Origin: an uncultured Verrucomicrobiae bacterium
GTDB lineage: Bacteria > Verrucomicrobiota > Verrucomicrobiia > Chthoniobacterales > UBA10450
Direction: 5' to 3'
DNA length: 64,000 bases
NCBI GenBank assembly: GCA_963801815.1
Contig: CAWDGJ010000001.1
Coordinates: 1 to 64,000, forward strand
Below are positions 41,995 to 54,048 of this stretch, piece by piece. The notes under the pieces were generated by a model. The model had not been told where the DNA came from. It was given only the letters and a program-made list of their open reading frames with translations, and did no database searches. The position numbers and the translations under genes are program-made. How positions within the stretch are numbered: the stretch's first letter is position 1; each line of letters begins with the position of its first letter.

Positions 41995-43368
41995 TTAGTC
42001 AACAAATTTTCCCGGATTTAAAATGCCGTTTGGATCGAGGATCGTCTTCAATTTGCGGTGCATTTCGCGAACCGGTCCACTGGTTGCCTCCGGCCACCAG
42101 CGTTTCTTAGCCAGGCCAATTCCGTGTTCACCGGTGATCACGCCGCCCCACGCCAGGACCCGTTCAAAGAGATCGTCGAGCGCGTGTTCGACTTTTTCGC
42201 GAACCGCGGCATCGCGATTGTAACGGTCGGCCATGATGTTCACGTGAATATTGCCGTCGCCCGCGTGACCAAAACACGCGATCGGGAATCCTGATCTCGC
42301 ACTCAGCTTTTCCGCGAACTCGACGAGGTCGACGATGTGGCTGCGCGGAACGACCACGTCCTCGTTGAGTTTGGTCAGGCCGGTCGCGCGCAGCGAATTA
42401 CTGAACTGCCGGCGGAGAGCCCAAAGTTTTTCGCAATCTTCTTCGCCCGTCGCCATCTCAAGGGCGTTTGGTTTTCTGGCTCGAATCAACTTTCGGATCG
42501 CAGCCGCCTCGGTGCGTACGCTTTCCGGCTGGCCGTCAAGATCTACCAGCAAATGCGCGTTGCCGGCGGGAACAATCGCATGGCCCAAATCTTTTCGGGC
42601 CGCCTCGAGCGTGAAGCTGTCGGCGATCTCGAGCGCCGCCGGCAAGAATCCGTTGGCGAAAATTTCCTGCACCGATGCCGCGGCTTCAGACATTTTCGCG
42701 AACGCCGCCGACAGGGTGGCCCGCGCGGGCGGTAGCGGAAGCAATCGGAGCGTGATTTCAGTGACGACACCGAGCATTCCTTCCGATCCCACAAAAAGGC
42801 CGATCAAATCAAAGCCGGTTTTGTTCTTGTGAACGCGGCCACCGGTTCGCAAAACATCACCGTTCGCGAGAACAACCTCGAGACCGATCACGTAATTGCG
42901 CGTCACGCCGTACTTCAAACAGCGGGGCCCACCTGCGTTGGTAGCCACGTTTCCGCCGATACTGCAGTCCTTCATACTCGCCGGATCGGGCGGGTAAAAT
43001 AGTTTTTGGGCGCGCGCCGCCGTTTTCAATTCGGCAGTAATGACGCCCGGTTCAACGATCGCGACGGCGTCCGCGAAATTGATTTCCTTGATTCGGTTCA
43101 TTCGCATCAGCGACAGGGCAATTCCTTTTTTCGCCGGCACGCAGCTACCGACGTAACCGAATCCTGCGCCACGCGCCGTCACGGGAACTTTACGTTCAGA
43201 AGCAAACATCAGAAGCTTCGATACGTCCGATGTCGATCTTGCGAAGACAACGATTTCCGGCGTTTCGGCCGCGAACCACTTGTCACCGCTGTGGGCGGCC
43301 AATGTTTCGGGATCATCGGCGATGGCGGCGCTGCCGAGCAACTGCCCGAGTTCGTCCGCCAATGACAT
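41995..43368 (-). CDS. FAD-linked oxidase, GlcD/D-lactate dehydrogenase family
   Basis: YPPDPAS, GGNVATNAGG, GSEGMLG, GHAGDGNIH, GEHGIG, LNPGK. Confidence 0.92.
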   Translation of the reverse strand: MSLADELGQLLGSAAIADDPETLAAHSGDKWFAAETPEIVVFARSTSDVSKLLMFASERKVPVTARGAGFGYVGSCVPAKKGIALSLMRMNRIKEINFADAVAIVEPGVITAELKTAARAQKLFYPPDPASMKDCSIGGNVATNAGGPRCLKYGVTRNYVIGLEVVLANGDVLRTGGRVHKNKTGFDLIGLFVGSEGMLGVVTEITLRLLPLPPARATLSAAFAKMSEAAASVQEIFANGFLPAALEIADSFTLEAARKDLGHAIVPAGNAHLLVDLDGQPESVRTEAAAIRKLIRARKPNALEMATGEEDCEKLWALRRQFSNSLRATGLTKLNEDVVVPRSHIVDLVEFAEKLSARSGFPIACFGHAGDGNIHVNIMADRYNRDAAVREKVEHALDDLFERVLAWGGVITGEHGIGLAKKRWWPEATSGPVREMHRKLKTILDPNGILNPGKFVD

Positions 43369-43683
43369 CTAATTAATCGGGATGATTCGGTAGTGACGCG
43401 ACTTTTCGCTGTGCCGCTTGAGGAACTTTTTGCATTCGGGCGGGATCACCGGTTGCTCATGATTCTTGCCTGCGAAAATTTTGACGGCGTCAAGGCTCTC
43501 GAACCGGAGCAGAGTAATAAATTCCATTTCGTCGTTTTCAGCCTCGCGAATAAAAAGCTCCGCGCCCTTGTAGCCGGGGATAGAACGTTTCGCAATTTCG
43601 AGCAAAACCTCTTCACGCAAGAGTTTTTCGTATTTCTCTGCGTTCTCGCGTGAAGTCCAGCCATGCCAAATTCGCGCAATCAT
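43369..43683 (-). CDS. Antibiotic biosynthesis monooxygenase-like protein
   Basis: MIARIWHGWT...FESLDAVKIFAG. Confidence 0.8.
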   Translation of the reverse strand: MIARIWHGWTSRENAEKYEKLLREEVLLEIAKRSIPGYKGAELFIREAENDEMEFITLLRFESLDAVKIFAGKNHEQPVIPPECKKFLKRHSEKSRHYRIIPIN

Positions 43684-43720
43684 GTTTCCGGGGTTCTCTC
43701 GTTTGGCCGATCGACCATGG

Positions 43721-44497
43721 CTACATTCCCATAATTTGGTAGCCACCGTCGACGTAAATTACCTGGCCGGTGATCGCTGCCGCACCGTCGCTCGCCAGGA
43801 AAACGCCGGTCTCGCCCAGTTCGGCTGGATCGCAACTTCGCTTTAGCGGCGCGCGTTCCTGATAATGTTTCAACATCTGCGAGAACCCGCTAATGCCGCG
43901 CGCGGCAAGGGTTTGTACCGGTCCGGCCGAGATGCAGTTCACGCGGATTTTCTTGGGACCCAAATCGTACGCGAGGTAGCGCGTGGACGCTTCAAGGCTG
44001 GCCTTGGCTACGCCCATCACATTGTAATGCGGCACGACTTTTTCCGAGCCGTAGTAGGTCATCGCCAGAATGCTCCCGCCGTTTGTCATCATCGGCGAGG
44101 CTTCGCGCGCGAGCGCGACCAGCGAATAGGCGCTGATATCGTGAGCCATGCGAAAGGCATCGCGCGTTGTGCTCACGAAGTCGCCTTCGAGCGCTTCCTT
44201 CGGCGCGAATGCTACGGAATGCAGCAAAAGATCGACCCGATCGGTTTCGCCGCGCACTTTTTCGAAAAACGTCTTGATCTCGGCGTCGCTGGAAACGTCG
44301 CATGGAAAAAGCGGCGTTTTTTCGCCGAACGTGGCCGCAAGTTCTTCGACGTTCTCTTTGAGGCGCTCGCCCTGATAATTGAAGATCAAGCGCGCGCCGG
44401 CGTTTGCCCACGCCTGGGCGATTGCCCACGCGATGCTCCGCTTGTTCGCGACACCGAAAACAATACCAACCTTTCCCTCTAACACGGCCTGCGTCAT
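43721..44497 (-). CDS. fabI: Enoyl-ACP reductase
   Basis: GVANKRSIAWAIA, YNVMGVAKASLE, ISAGPVQTLAA. Confidence 0.95.
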   Translation of the reverse strand: MTQAVLEGKVGIVFGVANKRSIAWAIAQAWANAGARLIFNYQGERLKENVEELAATFGEKTPLFPCDVSSDAEIKTFFEKVRGETDRVDLLLHSVAFAPKEALEGDFVSTTRDAFRMAHDISAYSLVALAREASPMMTNGGSILAMTYYGSEKVVPHYNVMGVAKASLEASTRYLAYDLGPKKIRVNCISAGPVQTLAARGISGFSQMLKHYQERAPLKRSCDPAELGETGVFLASDGAAAITGQVIYVDGGYQIMGM

Positions 44498-44626
44498 AGA
44501 TTTGAAAACGATATACCCGCATTTGTACTGCTGCAAAGGTCGTCAATTGCGGGGTGTTGCCCGGCCTTTTGGCCGCTAGCGCTCTTGCCCTTGGCGCGCA
44601 AACCGTCATGATTTCTTCTCAAATCT

Positions 44627-47459
44627 ATGAGCATCCGAATCGCTTTTTTCTTAGCGCTCTTAATTATATACTCTTTCCTTCGCACAGGAAGAATCCCCGC
44701 CAGGGCGTGGTGGTTCGCCGGCCGCTGCTTCGCCCGTGAGCACAACGCCGCCGTTGTCGGCTTCTGTGACGCCGGCGCCGGCTTCCGGAGCAGGGCAATT
44801 AACCGACGTGCTTTTCAAAAATCTCAAAGCGCGCGCGATTGGCCCAGCCGTTATGAGCGGACGTGTCTCCGACATCGCGATCGATCCCCGGAACCCATTC
44901 GTCTTTTACGTAGCCCTGGGACACGGTGGAATTTTTAAATCAGGGGACGCCGGCGTTACCTTTGATCCAATTTTCGACAAACAACCGGACCTGTCGATTG
45001 GTGCGATTGCAATTGCTCCATCGGATTCGGACGCAATCTGGGTCGGCACCGGTGAAGCGAACGACCGGAACTCATCCGATTGGGGCAATGGCGTTTATCG
45101 AACCACTGATGGCGGCGAGCATTGGACGAATGTTGGATTGAAAGACAGCCGCACCATTGCGCGTATCGTGGTCGATCCAAAAAATCCGGACGTCGCGTAT
45201 GTCGCGGCAATGGGACATTTATGGGCGGACGGCGGGGAGCGTGGTCTCTATAAAACAACTGACGGCGGAAAAACCTGGAAACTAGTGTTACAGGCGGCCG
45301 CGCCCAACCACGTGCGCACCGGTTGTGGCGACGTGGTCCTCGATCCCAACAATTCGCAAACAGTTTACGCTGCACTTTACGCGCGCCAGCGCACGCCATG
45401 GAGTTTCACTTCCGGGCCGGCGGCGACGAACGGCGAAGATGTCGGTGGCATTTTCAAGAGCACGAACGGCGGAGCGAGCTGGAAAAAATTGAGCGGCGGC
45501 CTTCCAGTCCAAACGGGACGGATCGGTCTCGCCGTCGCCGCGAACAAACCGAATATTGTGATGGCGGTGGTGCAAAGTTATGCCGGCGGTGCCGGTCAAC
45601 TGGCCGATCTTCGAAGCAAGAACGGCGGCGTGTTTCGCTCAGAAGATGGCGGCGAGCATTGGGCTCGGATGAGCGCGGTTGATCCGCGTCCGTTTTATTT
45701 CAGCCAGATCCGGATCGATCCAGTGAACGATCAACGGGTTTACCTGCTCGAGTTTGCTCTGCTCGTCTCGGATGACGGCGGCAAAAACTTCCGGGAGGAT
45801 CTGACTGAAAAAGTGCATCCCGATTGCCACGCCCTTGCGATTCAACCCAATAGCGCCCCGCCACCAAAGCCGCCGAAACCGGAAGACAAAAACAAACCAC
45901 CCAAGCCGCCGGTTTGTCTTCGTTTACTGCTCGGAACTGACGGTGGTCTTTATCAGAGCTTTGCCGGCGGGAAAAATTGGGACCATCTCAATAAGTTTCC
46001 GGCGGGCGAATTTTACCGGATTTCGCTCGATGATTCGAAACCGTACTTTCGGATCGCCGGCGGTTTGCAGGACAACGAGAACTGGGTTGGCCCGAGCGCC
46101 GTGCAAAGCAAAGAGCAGATTCGCAATTCCGATTGGACTGCGCTGGCCGGGGGCGACGGATTTTATGTTCAATTTGATCCCAAAGATCGCGACACATTTT
46201 ATGCCGAGAGTCAGCAAGGAGAAGTTCATCGAATCAACTTGCGCAACGGCGAACTGCGGCGTTTGCGCCCAGAACCAACCGAAGGTCAGCCGCGTTACCG
46301 GTTTCATTGGAATTCGCCGATGATCATGAGCCGGCATTCGCCAGGCGTGATTTATCTTGGCGGTAACCGCATTTTCAAGCTCACCGATCAAATGGAAAAA
46401 TATTCGGTCATCAGTCCTGATCTCAGTCACAACGATCCGGCAAAAACGACTGCCAGCGGCAGTGGGGCGGAAAATTACGGCGTGGTTTTTTCATTGGCTG
46501 AGTCGCCAAAGCGCGCGGGAATGTTGTGGGCCGGAACCGATGATGGGCGGCTTTGGGTTACCGAGAACGAAGGAGGCAAATGGACCGAGTTGACGAACAA
46601 TTTGCCCGAACCGGCGCGCGGCCAATGGGTCGTCTGTATCGATCCCTCGAGTGCGGATCCCAATGTTGCTTACGTCGCGCTGAACGCGTATCGCAGCGGT
46701 GACGATCGACCGATGATCGTGCGCACAGCCGATCTCGGTAGAACCTGGCAATCGGTGACGGGTGATCTACCGGCGAACGATCCGGTGGAAGTTGTTCGTC
46801 AGGATTTGGTGAATCCGAAATTGCTTTATGCCGGAACCCACTTCGGATTGTTCGCAGCGTTCGATCAAGGCGCGCATTGGGTTCGGATCGGAGACGTTCC
46901 ACCGGTGCGCGTGGATGACATTCAAATTCATCCCCGCACCTCCGATCTGGTGATTGCAACACACGGTCGAAGCATTGCGATTCTGGACGACAGCGTGCCA
47001 TTTCGAGAATTCACTCCTGAGATCGAAGCCAAACCAGCGCACCTGTTTAGTGTTCGCTCCGTGACCGGCGCGTATTTGCAGCCAGGATTTGTCGATTCAA
47101 ACGGAAAAGGCATTTATCGCGGCCAAAATCCGCCTGAAGGCGCGCTCTTTACGGTTTGGGTCAAGGAATTCACGGGGGACGAAATCAAAATCGCGATCAC
47201 GAAATCGAACGGACAACCAGTGGCAAATCTCAAAGCGCCCGGTACGCCCGGGTTCACGCGATTGAATTGGGACCTCCGTCCGAGCAAGGACGTCATCACC
47301 GAATACGGAGGCGACGATCCGAAACGGCTTTTGCCGGCGGGGGATTACAACGCGGATCTGACTTTCGGAACCACGAAAGTGAAACAGAGTTTTCATGTCG
47401 ATATGGCCGAAGGCATAACTCCGCGCGACCAGGGTCTGGAGGAAATCGATAACGATTAG
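44627..47459 (+). CDS. Secreted BNR/VPS10 beta-propeller (glycosyl hydrolase-like) protein; frameshift near 44670
   Basis: IGPAVMSGR and repeated S/TxDGGxxW Asp-boxes; signal peptide lies in a different frame upstream. Confidence 0.85.
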
Positions 47460-47506
47460 TTAAGGGACTGCTCAGCACGCCGCGGTAGACGAACTTTCGC
47501 AGCGAC

Positions 47507-47541
47507 TCGAAACTTGACCGTTTAAAACAGTCAAGTTTCGA
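47507..47541. terminator. Inverted repeat between convergent genes
   Basis: TCGAAACTTGAC-N11-GTCAAGTTTCGA. Confidence 0.6.
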
Positions 47542-47561
47542 AAAGCGAATTTCACATTCGC

Positions 47562-48235
47562 TCAACACGCGATCGCGTGACGGCGGCAAACGCCGGAGAG
47601 CATTTCCCACAGCGCATCAAGCACGCGATTGACTGACGCTCGCACGGTGTCGGCAGTTCCTATTGTCGATCGACGCGCTCAGCATTTCGCGCTCGGCGGC
47701 GGAATGCTCCTTGTCGGCTTCGATGTGAACCGAGAAGTATTCGTAATCTTTCGGATCTTTGAAGCCGTAATAATTCTTCAAGCCGTCGATCTTAGATTCG
47801 CAAATCGCGGGAATTTGCGATTCGTAAGCGTAAAGCGCAGCCAACCCTTCGGCCGTCGATTTTTCGCCGCAAACCGAGCGAAACGTGTCGATCAAATTTT
47901 TCGTCTCGGATTGCTTCTCCGTTTTCTCAAGGTCGACATCGTCCACGCCGAGCGCATTCGCGAATTGCTTCCAAAGCTCCGGATGATTCGGTGAACCGGC
48001 TTCTTCATCGATCAAGTTGGAAAGAATTTGTTTGCGGGTCGGTTGATCGTCGCACTTCGCGTGCACGGCCGAGAGATAAGTCGGAAACGCTGCGACGTGA
48101 TGGTAGTACTGCTTCGCGTAATCCGTCAGCGCCTCTTTGCTCAGTTCCCCGCGCGCCCAGGCGAGATAAAACGGGTGCTTCAAGAGATGCTTTTCCGCGA
48201 TGTCACTGTCGATCTTATCGAGATAGTTCGTTCAT
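47562..48235 (-). CDS. CADD/PqqC-like di-metal protein (putative pABA synthase); frameshifts at both ends
   Basis: HLLKHPFYLAW, YAKQYYHHV, NLIDEE...NHPELW, LYAYESQIP, YFSVHIEADKEH. Confidence 0.85.
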
Positions 48236-48243
48236 AGGATTTG

Positions 48244-48312
48244 AGCCACAGATTGACACAGATTTTCACAGATTAAAGAAACAGAATTCTTAATCCGTGT
48301 TGATCTGTGGCT
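48244..48312. repeat. Inverted decamer-repeat element
   Basis: CACAGATT x3 facing ATCCGTG/ATCTGTG; terminal AGCCACAGAT...ATCTGTGGCT. Confidence 0.7.
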
Positions 48313-48317
48313 GGTTA

Positions 48318-51300
48318 TTAAGTCGCTTTCAGAATGTGTTTGATGCCGCGGATCGGAATGACGACCCAATCGGGGCGATTGTTCAGTTCGTAGCCGATTT
48401 CGTAGACGGCTTTGTCGAGAAGATAGGCTTCAAGAAGAATCTGGAAATCGTCGAAATTGTTCGGGACGAACGACGGCGCCGGCAGTCGCGTCTCAAATAG
48501 CTCTGGAGAAAGACGCTGCTCATCAGCCGATACCAGAGGTCGGCCCAGCGCTCGAGGAACGGAATGTCTTCGGTGCGCATGGCTGGTTGCCAAAGCGCGC
48601 TGTAGGCGGCGTATTGAAACGAGCGCATCATGCCGGCAACGTCGCGCAACGCCGAGCGTTTCAGTTTGCGCTCGCTCAACGGGCGCGCCGGTTCGCCTTC
48701 GAAATCGAGAATGACGAAATCTTTCCCGGTGTAGAGGACCTGGCCCAGATGATAATCGCCGTGGATCCGGATTTTGGCGGCGTTAGTTTTCCGATCGAGC
48801 AGGCGTTTTTCGCGCGCCAGAATTTCTCTCTCAGCGCCGAGAACTTCCTGGCTTCTCCTGAAGACGTATCCGGGAGTCTTCAACTTCTTTTTCAAGCGTC
48901 GAAATTTCGGCGCAATGAGCGCACGCATGCTTTGATAAACCGAACGCTGCGCCATGGCGTTGAATGGCTCGGGCGCGAACGCGGGATCGTCGCGGACGGA
49001 GGCGAGCGCGAGATGCAGTTCGCCGGTGCGTTGGCCGAGCAGCTTTGCTTTTTCGGGATAAATGCCGCCAACAAGTTCTTCGAGCAGCGCGGCCGGCGGG
49101 CGTCGTTTCATCCTGCAGCTCAGCTTTTCGACAGAGGACTCGTTCGTAATAACGGCCGACGTGCATCGAGTGTCATCGTCCAGGCATCGGCTTCCGCTGG
49201 CACGGCATCCTGCAACAAGCAAACGACGGTGGGCTGCGCTTTTTCGCGGCGATATTCGATCGCGCCGCTGAAAGCCGGGCACATTGTCGAACTTCGCGCG
49301 CTCGGTGAGAAAACGCGTCACTTCGACGTCCGGATTCACGCCGTCTTCGAGTTTCCGATAAAGCTTCAGGAAGAATTTGTCCTCGAAAAGCATCGACGAA
49401 TTGCTTTGCTCGGCGCCGAGAACATTCGAAGGTGGAACGCCGGTGACTTGACCGACCCGTGGACTGAGCGCGCCAACAAGCTTTCCGTTCCGACCGTTAG
49501 CAGGTTGTCCGTCGAGCATGAGCTGGAAAAGTTTTTCGCGGAATTCTTGTCCCACACCGCGTCGAACAGAATCGAGCCGTCCGATCAAACTGCGCGATGA
49601 CGGCATGCGGCGCAGATTGCGTAATGCCTTTAGCCTTTTCAGCGGACGCGATCTTGACCGGCAACGCGTAGTTTTCTGTCGGGCCGTCGAGATAACTGAC
49701 TTCGACGATCCAGAATTGCGCTGCGTTCGGCGCGGAAGAAATTGCGGAATGTTCTCGCACGCGCATTTCGCGCAACGTCCGCGCCTTGGCGCCAAACCAG
49801 CGGCAGGTCGCGATGTACTCCGGCAGAATTTCGCTTTCGATTTTTTCGCGTTGTCCATCAGCCAGCGAGCGCTTCCAATTCGGCGCAGCGTTGATCGTCG
49901 GGACAATGCGTTTTTTCGCCGCGCGCTCGCGTTTGCTCTGCGGTTGGAGGAGAAACCAGTACGATGAATGCCCGTTGAGCGTCAGGAAATAGGGCGACTT
50001 CTTGATCGGCGTGGAAATGGACTGCGGCCGATAATTTCCATGGGCACCGAGCCGGCGAATTTGGAGAGATCGAGCTCAGCGAATTGGGAAAAGCGTGAGA
50101 GATTGACGACGCCAAGCACAGTTTCGTTTTCGTAGCGGCGCAAAAACGCGAGGACCTTGGCGTTTTCGGGAAACAGAAATTCGATTGTGCCGCGCGAGAA
50201 CGCCTTGAAGTTTTTGCGCATCGCGATGACTCGGCGCGTCCACCAAAGCAGCGATGACAAGTTCTTCTGCTGATTTTCGACGTTGATCGCTTCGTAATGA
50301 TATTCGGGATCGATAATGACCGGCAGATGGAGCTGCTGCGGATTGGCCCCGGAAAAACCGGCGTTACGGTCGGGACTCCATTGCATCGGCGTGCGGCAGC
50401 CGTTGCGATCGCCGAGATAGATATTGTCGCCCATACCGATCTCGTCGCCGTAATAAATGATCGGCGTGCCGGGCATGGAAAACAGGAGCGCGTTCAGCAG
50501 CTCGATTTTGCGCCGGTTGTTTGCGAGCAACGGCGCGAGCCGGCGGCGAATTCCGAGATTAATTCGCGCGTGCGGATCGTTCGCGTAAACGCGCCACATG
50601 TAATCGCGCTCCTCGTCCGTGACCATTTCGAGCGTGAGCTCGTCGTGATTGCGCAGAAACATCGCCCATTGGCAGTTTTCCGGAATCGGCGGCGTCTGGT
50701 CGAGAATGTCGATGATCGGAAACCGGTCCTCCATTTGCAGCGCCATGAACATCCGCGGCATGAGCGGGAAATGGAAATTCATGTGCGACTCGTCGCCGTT
50801 GCCGAAATACGCGACCGCGTCCTCCGGCCATTGGTTCGCTTCGGCCAGCAACATGCGTCCGGGAAATTTTTGATCGACATGCGCGCGCAGTTTTTTCAGG
50901 TAAGCATGGGTCTCCGGCAAATTTTCGCAGTTCGTGCCTTCGCGCTCGTAGAGATAAGGCACGGCGTCGAGGCGCAATCCATCGACGCCTATCGACAGCC
51001 AGAAATCGCAAACTTTTTCAACCGCTTCGTGGACAGCGGGATTATCGAAATTCAAGATCAGGTTGGTGCGAATAAAACCGGTGCCAGTAATACGCCTTGG
51101 CGACCGGATCCCACGCCCAGTTCGATGTTTCGAAATCTTTAAAAATGATCCGCGCCTCGTTGTATTTTTCCGGCGTATCGCTCCAAACGTAGAACTCGCG
51201 CTCGGGCGAGCCGGGTGGTGCGCGGCGCGATTTTTGAAACCACGGATTTTGGTCGGACGTGTGATTGATCACCAATTCGGTGATGACGCGCAGTCCGCGT

Positions 51301-51588
51301 TCGTGCGCTTCACTGAGAAACGCGCGGAAATCCTCGAGCGTTCCGTAGTTTGGATTGACATCGAAGTAGTCGGCAATGTCGTAGCCGTCATCTTTAAGCG
51401 GCGACGGATAGAACGGGAGCAACCAGATCGCGGTGATGCCAAGCTCTCTGAAGATAATCGAGCTTCTCGATCAGCCCGCGAAAATCTCCAATGCCGTCGC
51501 CGTCGCTATCGTGAAATGTTTTGACATGCAGCTCGTAGATGATCGCGTCCTTGTACCAAAGGGGGTCGTTGGCGTCGGTCTGCGGCAT
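48318..51588 (-). CDS. treS: Trehalose synthase-maltokinase fusion (multiple frameshifts)
   Basis: [34 protein letters not shown], then [26 protein letters not shown]. Confidence 0.9.
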
Positions 51589-51671
51589 AACATTAACCTT
51601 TGCCGCACCCGGCGTGCCGCGCAATTGTCGGTTTTGACAGTTGGCGGAGATCCATAATCGCTGACTTGGTG

Positions 51672-51707
51672 AAAAAAAAGCGGCCCCGAAAACTTCGGGG
51701 CCGCTTT
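51672..51707 (-). terminator. Intrinsic terminator
   Basis: AAAGCGGCCCCGAA/TTCGGGGCCGCTTT stem with a T8 run on the minus strand. Confidence 0.85.
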
Positions 51708-51728
51708 CAAAACAACCAAAACGTGAGA

Positions 51729-52409
51729 CTAACCCTTAATCTTACTGATGTGTGAGGCGATACATTGCCATTTTCCGCCACGCATCATCCAGGTGTCGGT
51801 AAATAGAAACGTGCGATCGAACGCTTTCCCATCTTTGGCGGTCCCGACTTCCCGGGCGCGACCCGTGACAACGGCGATGTTGTTACCGAACATCTTGATG
51901 TTCAGCCTTTCGTTCTTGGCGGACTTATAAGTGTCTTTATCGCCCTTGTATTCGGAGAGTATTTCAGACCGGCCGACAAATTTGTTTTTAGAAGACACGC
52001 CAGTGAAGTCAGCGGCGATATATCCGTCAACAGTCGTGTAGTCGTGTTTGGCAACCGAAGCTTCCCACGCGTTCTCCATGTCTTTAACGCTCATGTTCTT
52101 GCCGGCAGCTGCGGCGGTCGCAGGTTTCGCGGCGTTGGCGGCAGCAGGTTTTGCGGCTGTTGTGGTGGCCGGAGATGCTTCTTTCTTGGCTGCCTTGGCC
52201 TGAGCTGGCGTTGCCATGGGTTCTTCTTTCGACTTAGAAGCTGGTGCGGTTGCTTCCGAAGGTGTGATCTCGGGAGCCGTTTCAACATTAGCTGACGGCT
52301 TCTCTTCCGCAGCGGGCGCAGTCGATTCGGTTGGCGCTGGTGATTCCTCCTGCGCGAACGTCATGGCGGCGAGAAAAAGGGATGCAAAAAAAGGGACTAT
52401 GATTTTCAT
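51729..52409 (-). CDS. Secreted DUF4440 / NTF2-like protein with Ala/Pro linker
   Basis: Signal peptide, low-complexity linker, AVVTGR...FTDTWMMRGGKWQCIASH. Confidence 0.85.
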   Translation of the reverse strand: MKIIVPFFASLFLAAMTFAQEESPAPTESTAPAAEEKPSANVETAPEITPSEATAPASKSKEEPMATPAQAKAAKKEASPATTTAAKPAAANAAKPATAAAAGKNMSVKDMENAWEASVAKHDYTTVDGYIAADFTGVSSKNKFVGRSEILSEYKGDKDTYKSAKNERLNIKMFGNNIAVVTGRAREVGTAKDGKAFDRTFLFTDTWMMRGGKWQCIASHISKIKG

Positions 52410-52566
52410 GTGAATTAAGTTGATTTGTCGCGGCGTCTTATGATGCTGCATTGAGGGCGAGATCGTATTCGGGATGTTGTGCGAGGGTCAAGATTTATCA
52501 GAGATCCAAGTGCGCCAGGCGGGAAAATCGGTAGACGCCCGTCGCCGATGGAATTAGAACTTGAAC

Positions 52567-53238
52567 ATGGCTTCGGCGTCCGATTCCAGGATGGAAGGCA
52601 CGACAGCTTCGGAGATCGACATCGTACCGGAGAAGAAATCATCGGTAGCCGCAAAGCAGCCTGACCCCGCTACGCCAACGGATGTCGAACTCATGACCGC
52701 GATCCAGGCAGGCGATACGGATGCGTTTTCGCAACTCTATGATCGTTACGGCGGAATCGTGAAAGCGCTGGTCTTGCGGATCATTCATAACGAAACCGAG
52801 GCCGACGATTTGCTCCAGGAGGTGTTCGTGGAAATCTGGAACCGTGCGAAAAATTTTTCCGCGCAAAAAGGCAAGCCATTAGGGTGGATGGTCACACTCG
52901 CCCGGCGGCGCGCGATTGACGCGTTGCGAAAAAAGCAGGCTTACGCCCGGGCGGAAGAACGGCTTAAGGCCGAACCGGAGCAGCAGCCACTTGCCTGGGT
53001 ACAAAACACTACCGCGGAGGATATTAGGGCTGGCGATACCCGCGCATTGATGGCAAAAGTGATTCGTTCATTGCCGGGAGCGCAGCAGCAGGTGATCGAT
53101 TTCGCATTTTTTCAGGGGATGAGCCAGCGCGAAATCGCGGTTCATACGAATATACCCTTGGGCACTGTAAAGACCCGCCTGGAGCTAGGCTTGAAAAAGA
53201 TCTACGAAAGTTTGAAGGAGTTAAGAGATGAGCTTTGA
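52567..53238 (+). CDS. ECF sigma factor (SigK-like)
   Basis: ADDLLQEVFVEIW, GMSQREIA, PLGTVKTR. Confidence 0.92.
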   Translation: MASASDSRMEGTTASEIDIVPEKKSSVAAKQPDPATPTDVELMTAIQAGDTDAFSQLYDRYGGIVKALVLRIIHNETEADDLLQEVFVEIWNRAKNFSAQKGKPLGWMVTLARRRAIDALRKKQAYARAEERLKAEPEQQPLAWVQNTTAEDIRAGDTRALMAKVIRSLPGAQQQVIDFAFFQGMSQREIAVHTNIPLGTVKTRLELGLKKIYESLKELRDEL

Positions 53239-53485
53239 GCAGTTCCAGAACAGCGCGCGGCTTTACGTCATTGGTGCTCTCGAACCCGAAGAGCTCCAGG
53301 AGTTCGAAGCTGCCCGCAAACAGTACGGCGCCGCCGCCGAAGAGTTCATCAGTCAGTGTTACAGCCTGCACGAAGCTTTTGCCCTGAGTCTCAAGCCGGC
53401 CACAGCGTCGGCCGCAATCAAGGAGCGCCTGATGTCGATGGTCAGGGAGCGTGGCCAACGCCAGTCCGGTTCGTCGCCAAAGTAA
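53228..53485 (+). CDS. Small soluble anti-sigma-like protein
   Basis: Overlaps the sigma gene; LYVIGALEPEE...PATASAAIKERLM resembles RskA N-termini. Confidence 0.7.
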   Translation: MSFEQFQNSARLYVIGALEPEELQEFEAARKQYGAAAEEFISQCYSLHEAFALSLKPATASAAIKERLMSMVRERGQRQSGSSPK

Positions 53486-53558
53486 TCATCGCCCCTGGCG
53501 AATCCCCGCGGGGAGTGATTTTTCACCGCCTTTTTCAACTTCGACTAAAACTGCGCCG

Positions 53559-54047
53559 CTAGCCCGATTGCATTTCCCGCAAAATAAATTCCTGGAGAAA
53601 GCCATAGAGATTGATCTGAAAAAGCCCGAGGTCGCGGCGCGAACCAATCGGAGAGCGATCGTGGTCGTTCAGTTCCTCGTCGGAGAACTTGTATTTGGTC
53701 GCGATTACGAGCCGGGCCTGATTGAGCGCGCTCAGCCAGGCATCCGCATGTTCGAATGGAATGGCAAGCGTGCGATTGCGAAGCGATTTCTCATCTCCGT
53801 TTAGCTGCCTGAGATCGTCGGCGACCGTTTCGGTTGCGCTGCGAAAAAGCCGTCGCAATTCCGGTTCGACGTAGCTCTTCCACTCCGCGCAAATCTCTTT
53901 TTCCGCCGAAGGCCGGCTGAACAAGCGGGCTTCGGCTTCGGGCATGCCATCAAATTTGGCGCTTCCAGGGATTTGTCGGAAAAGCTCGGCCAGAAAAGGA
54001 TCGAGGTCGGAAATCTCCAACGCGTCACCTTTTCTGCAAATCTCCAT
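53559..54047 (-). CDS. DUF2017-like protein
   Basis: ARLFSRP, AWLSALNQARL, YGFLQE; follows clpS. Confidence 0.75.
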   Translation of the reverse strand: MEICRKGDALEISDLDPFLAELFRQIPGSAKFDGMPEAEARLFSRPSAEKEICAEWKSYVEPELRRLFRSATETVADDLRQLNGDEKSLRNRTLAIPFEHADAWLSALNQARLVIATKYKFSDEELNDHDRSPIGSRRDLGLFQINLYGFLQEFILREMQSG

Positions 54048-54048
54048 A

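Noticed and set aside
48318..51588. treS, moeB, CADD and BNR genes as pseudogenes
   Set aside because: Catalytic motifs are intact and the scattered indels fit single-read error
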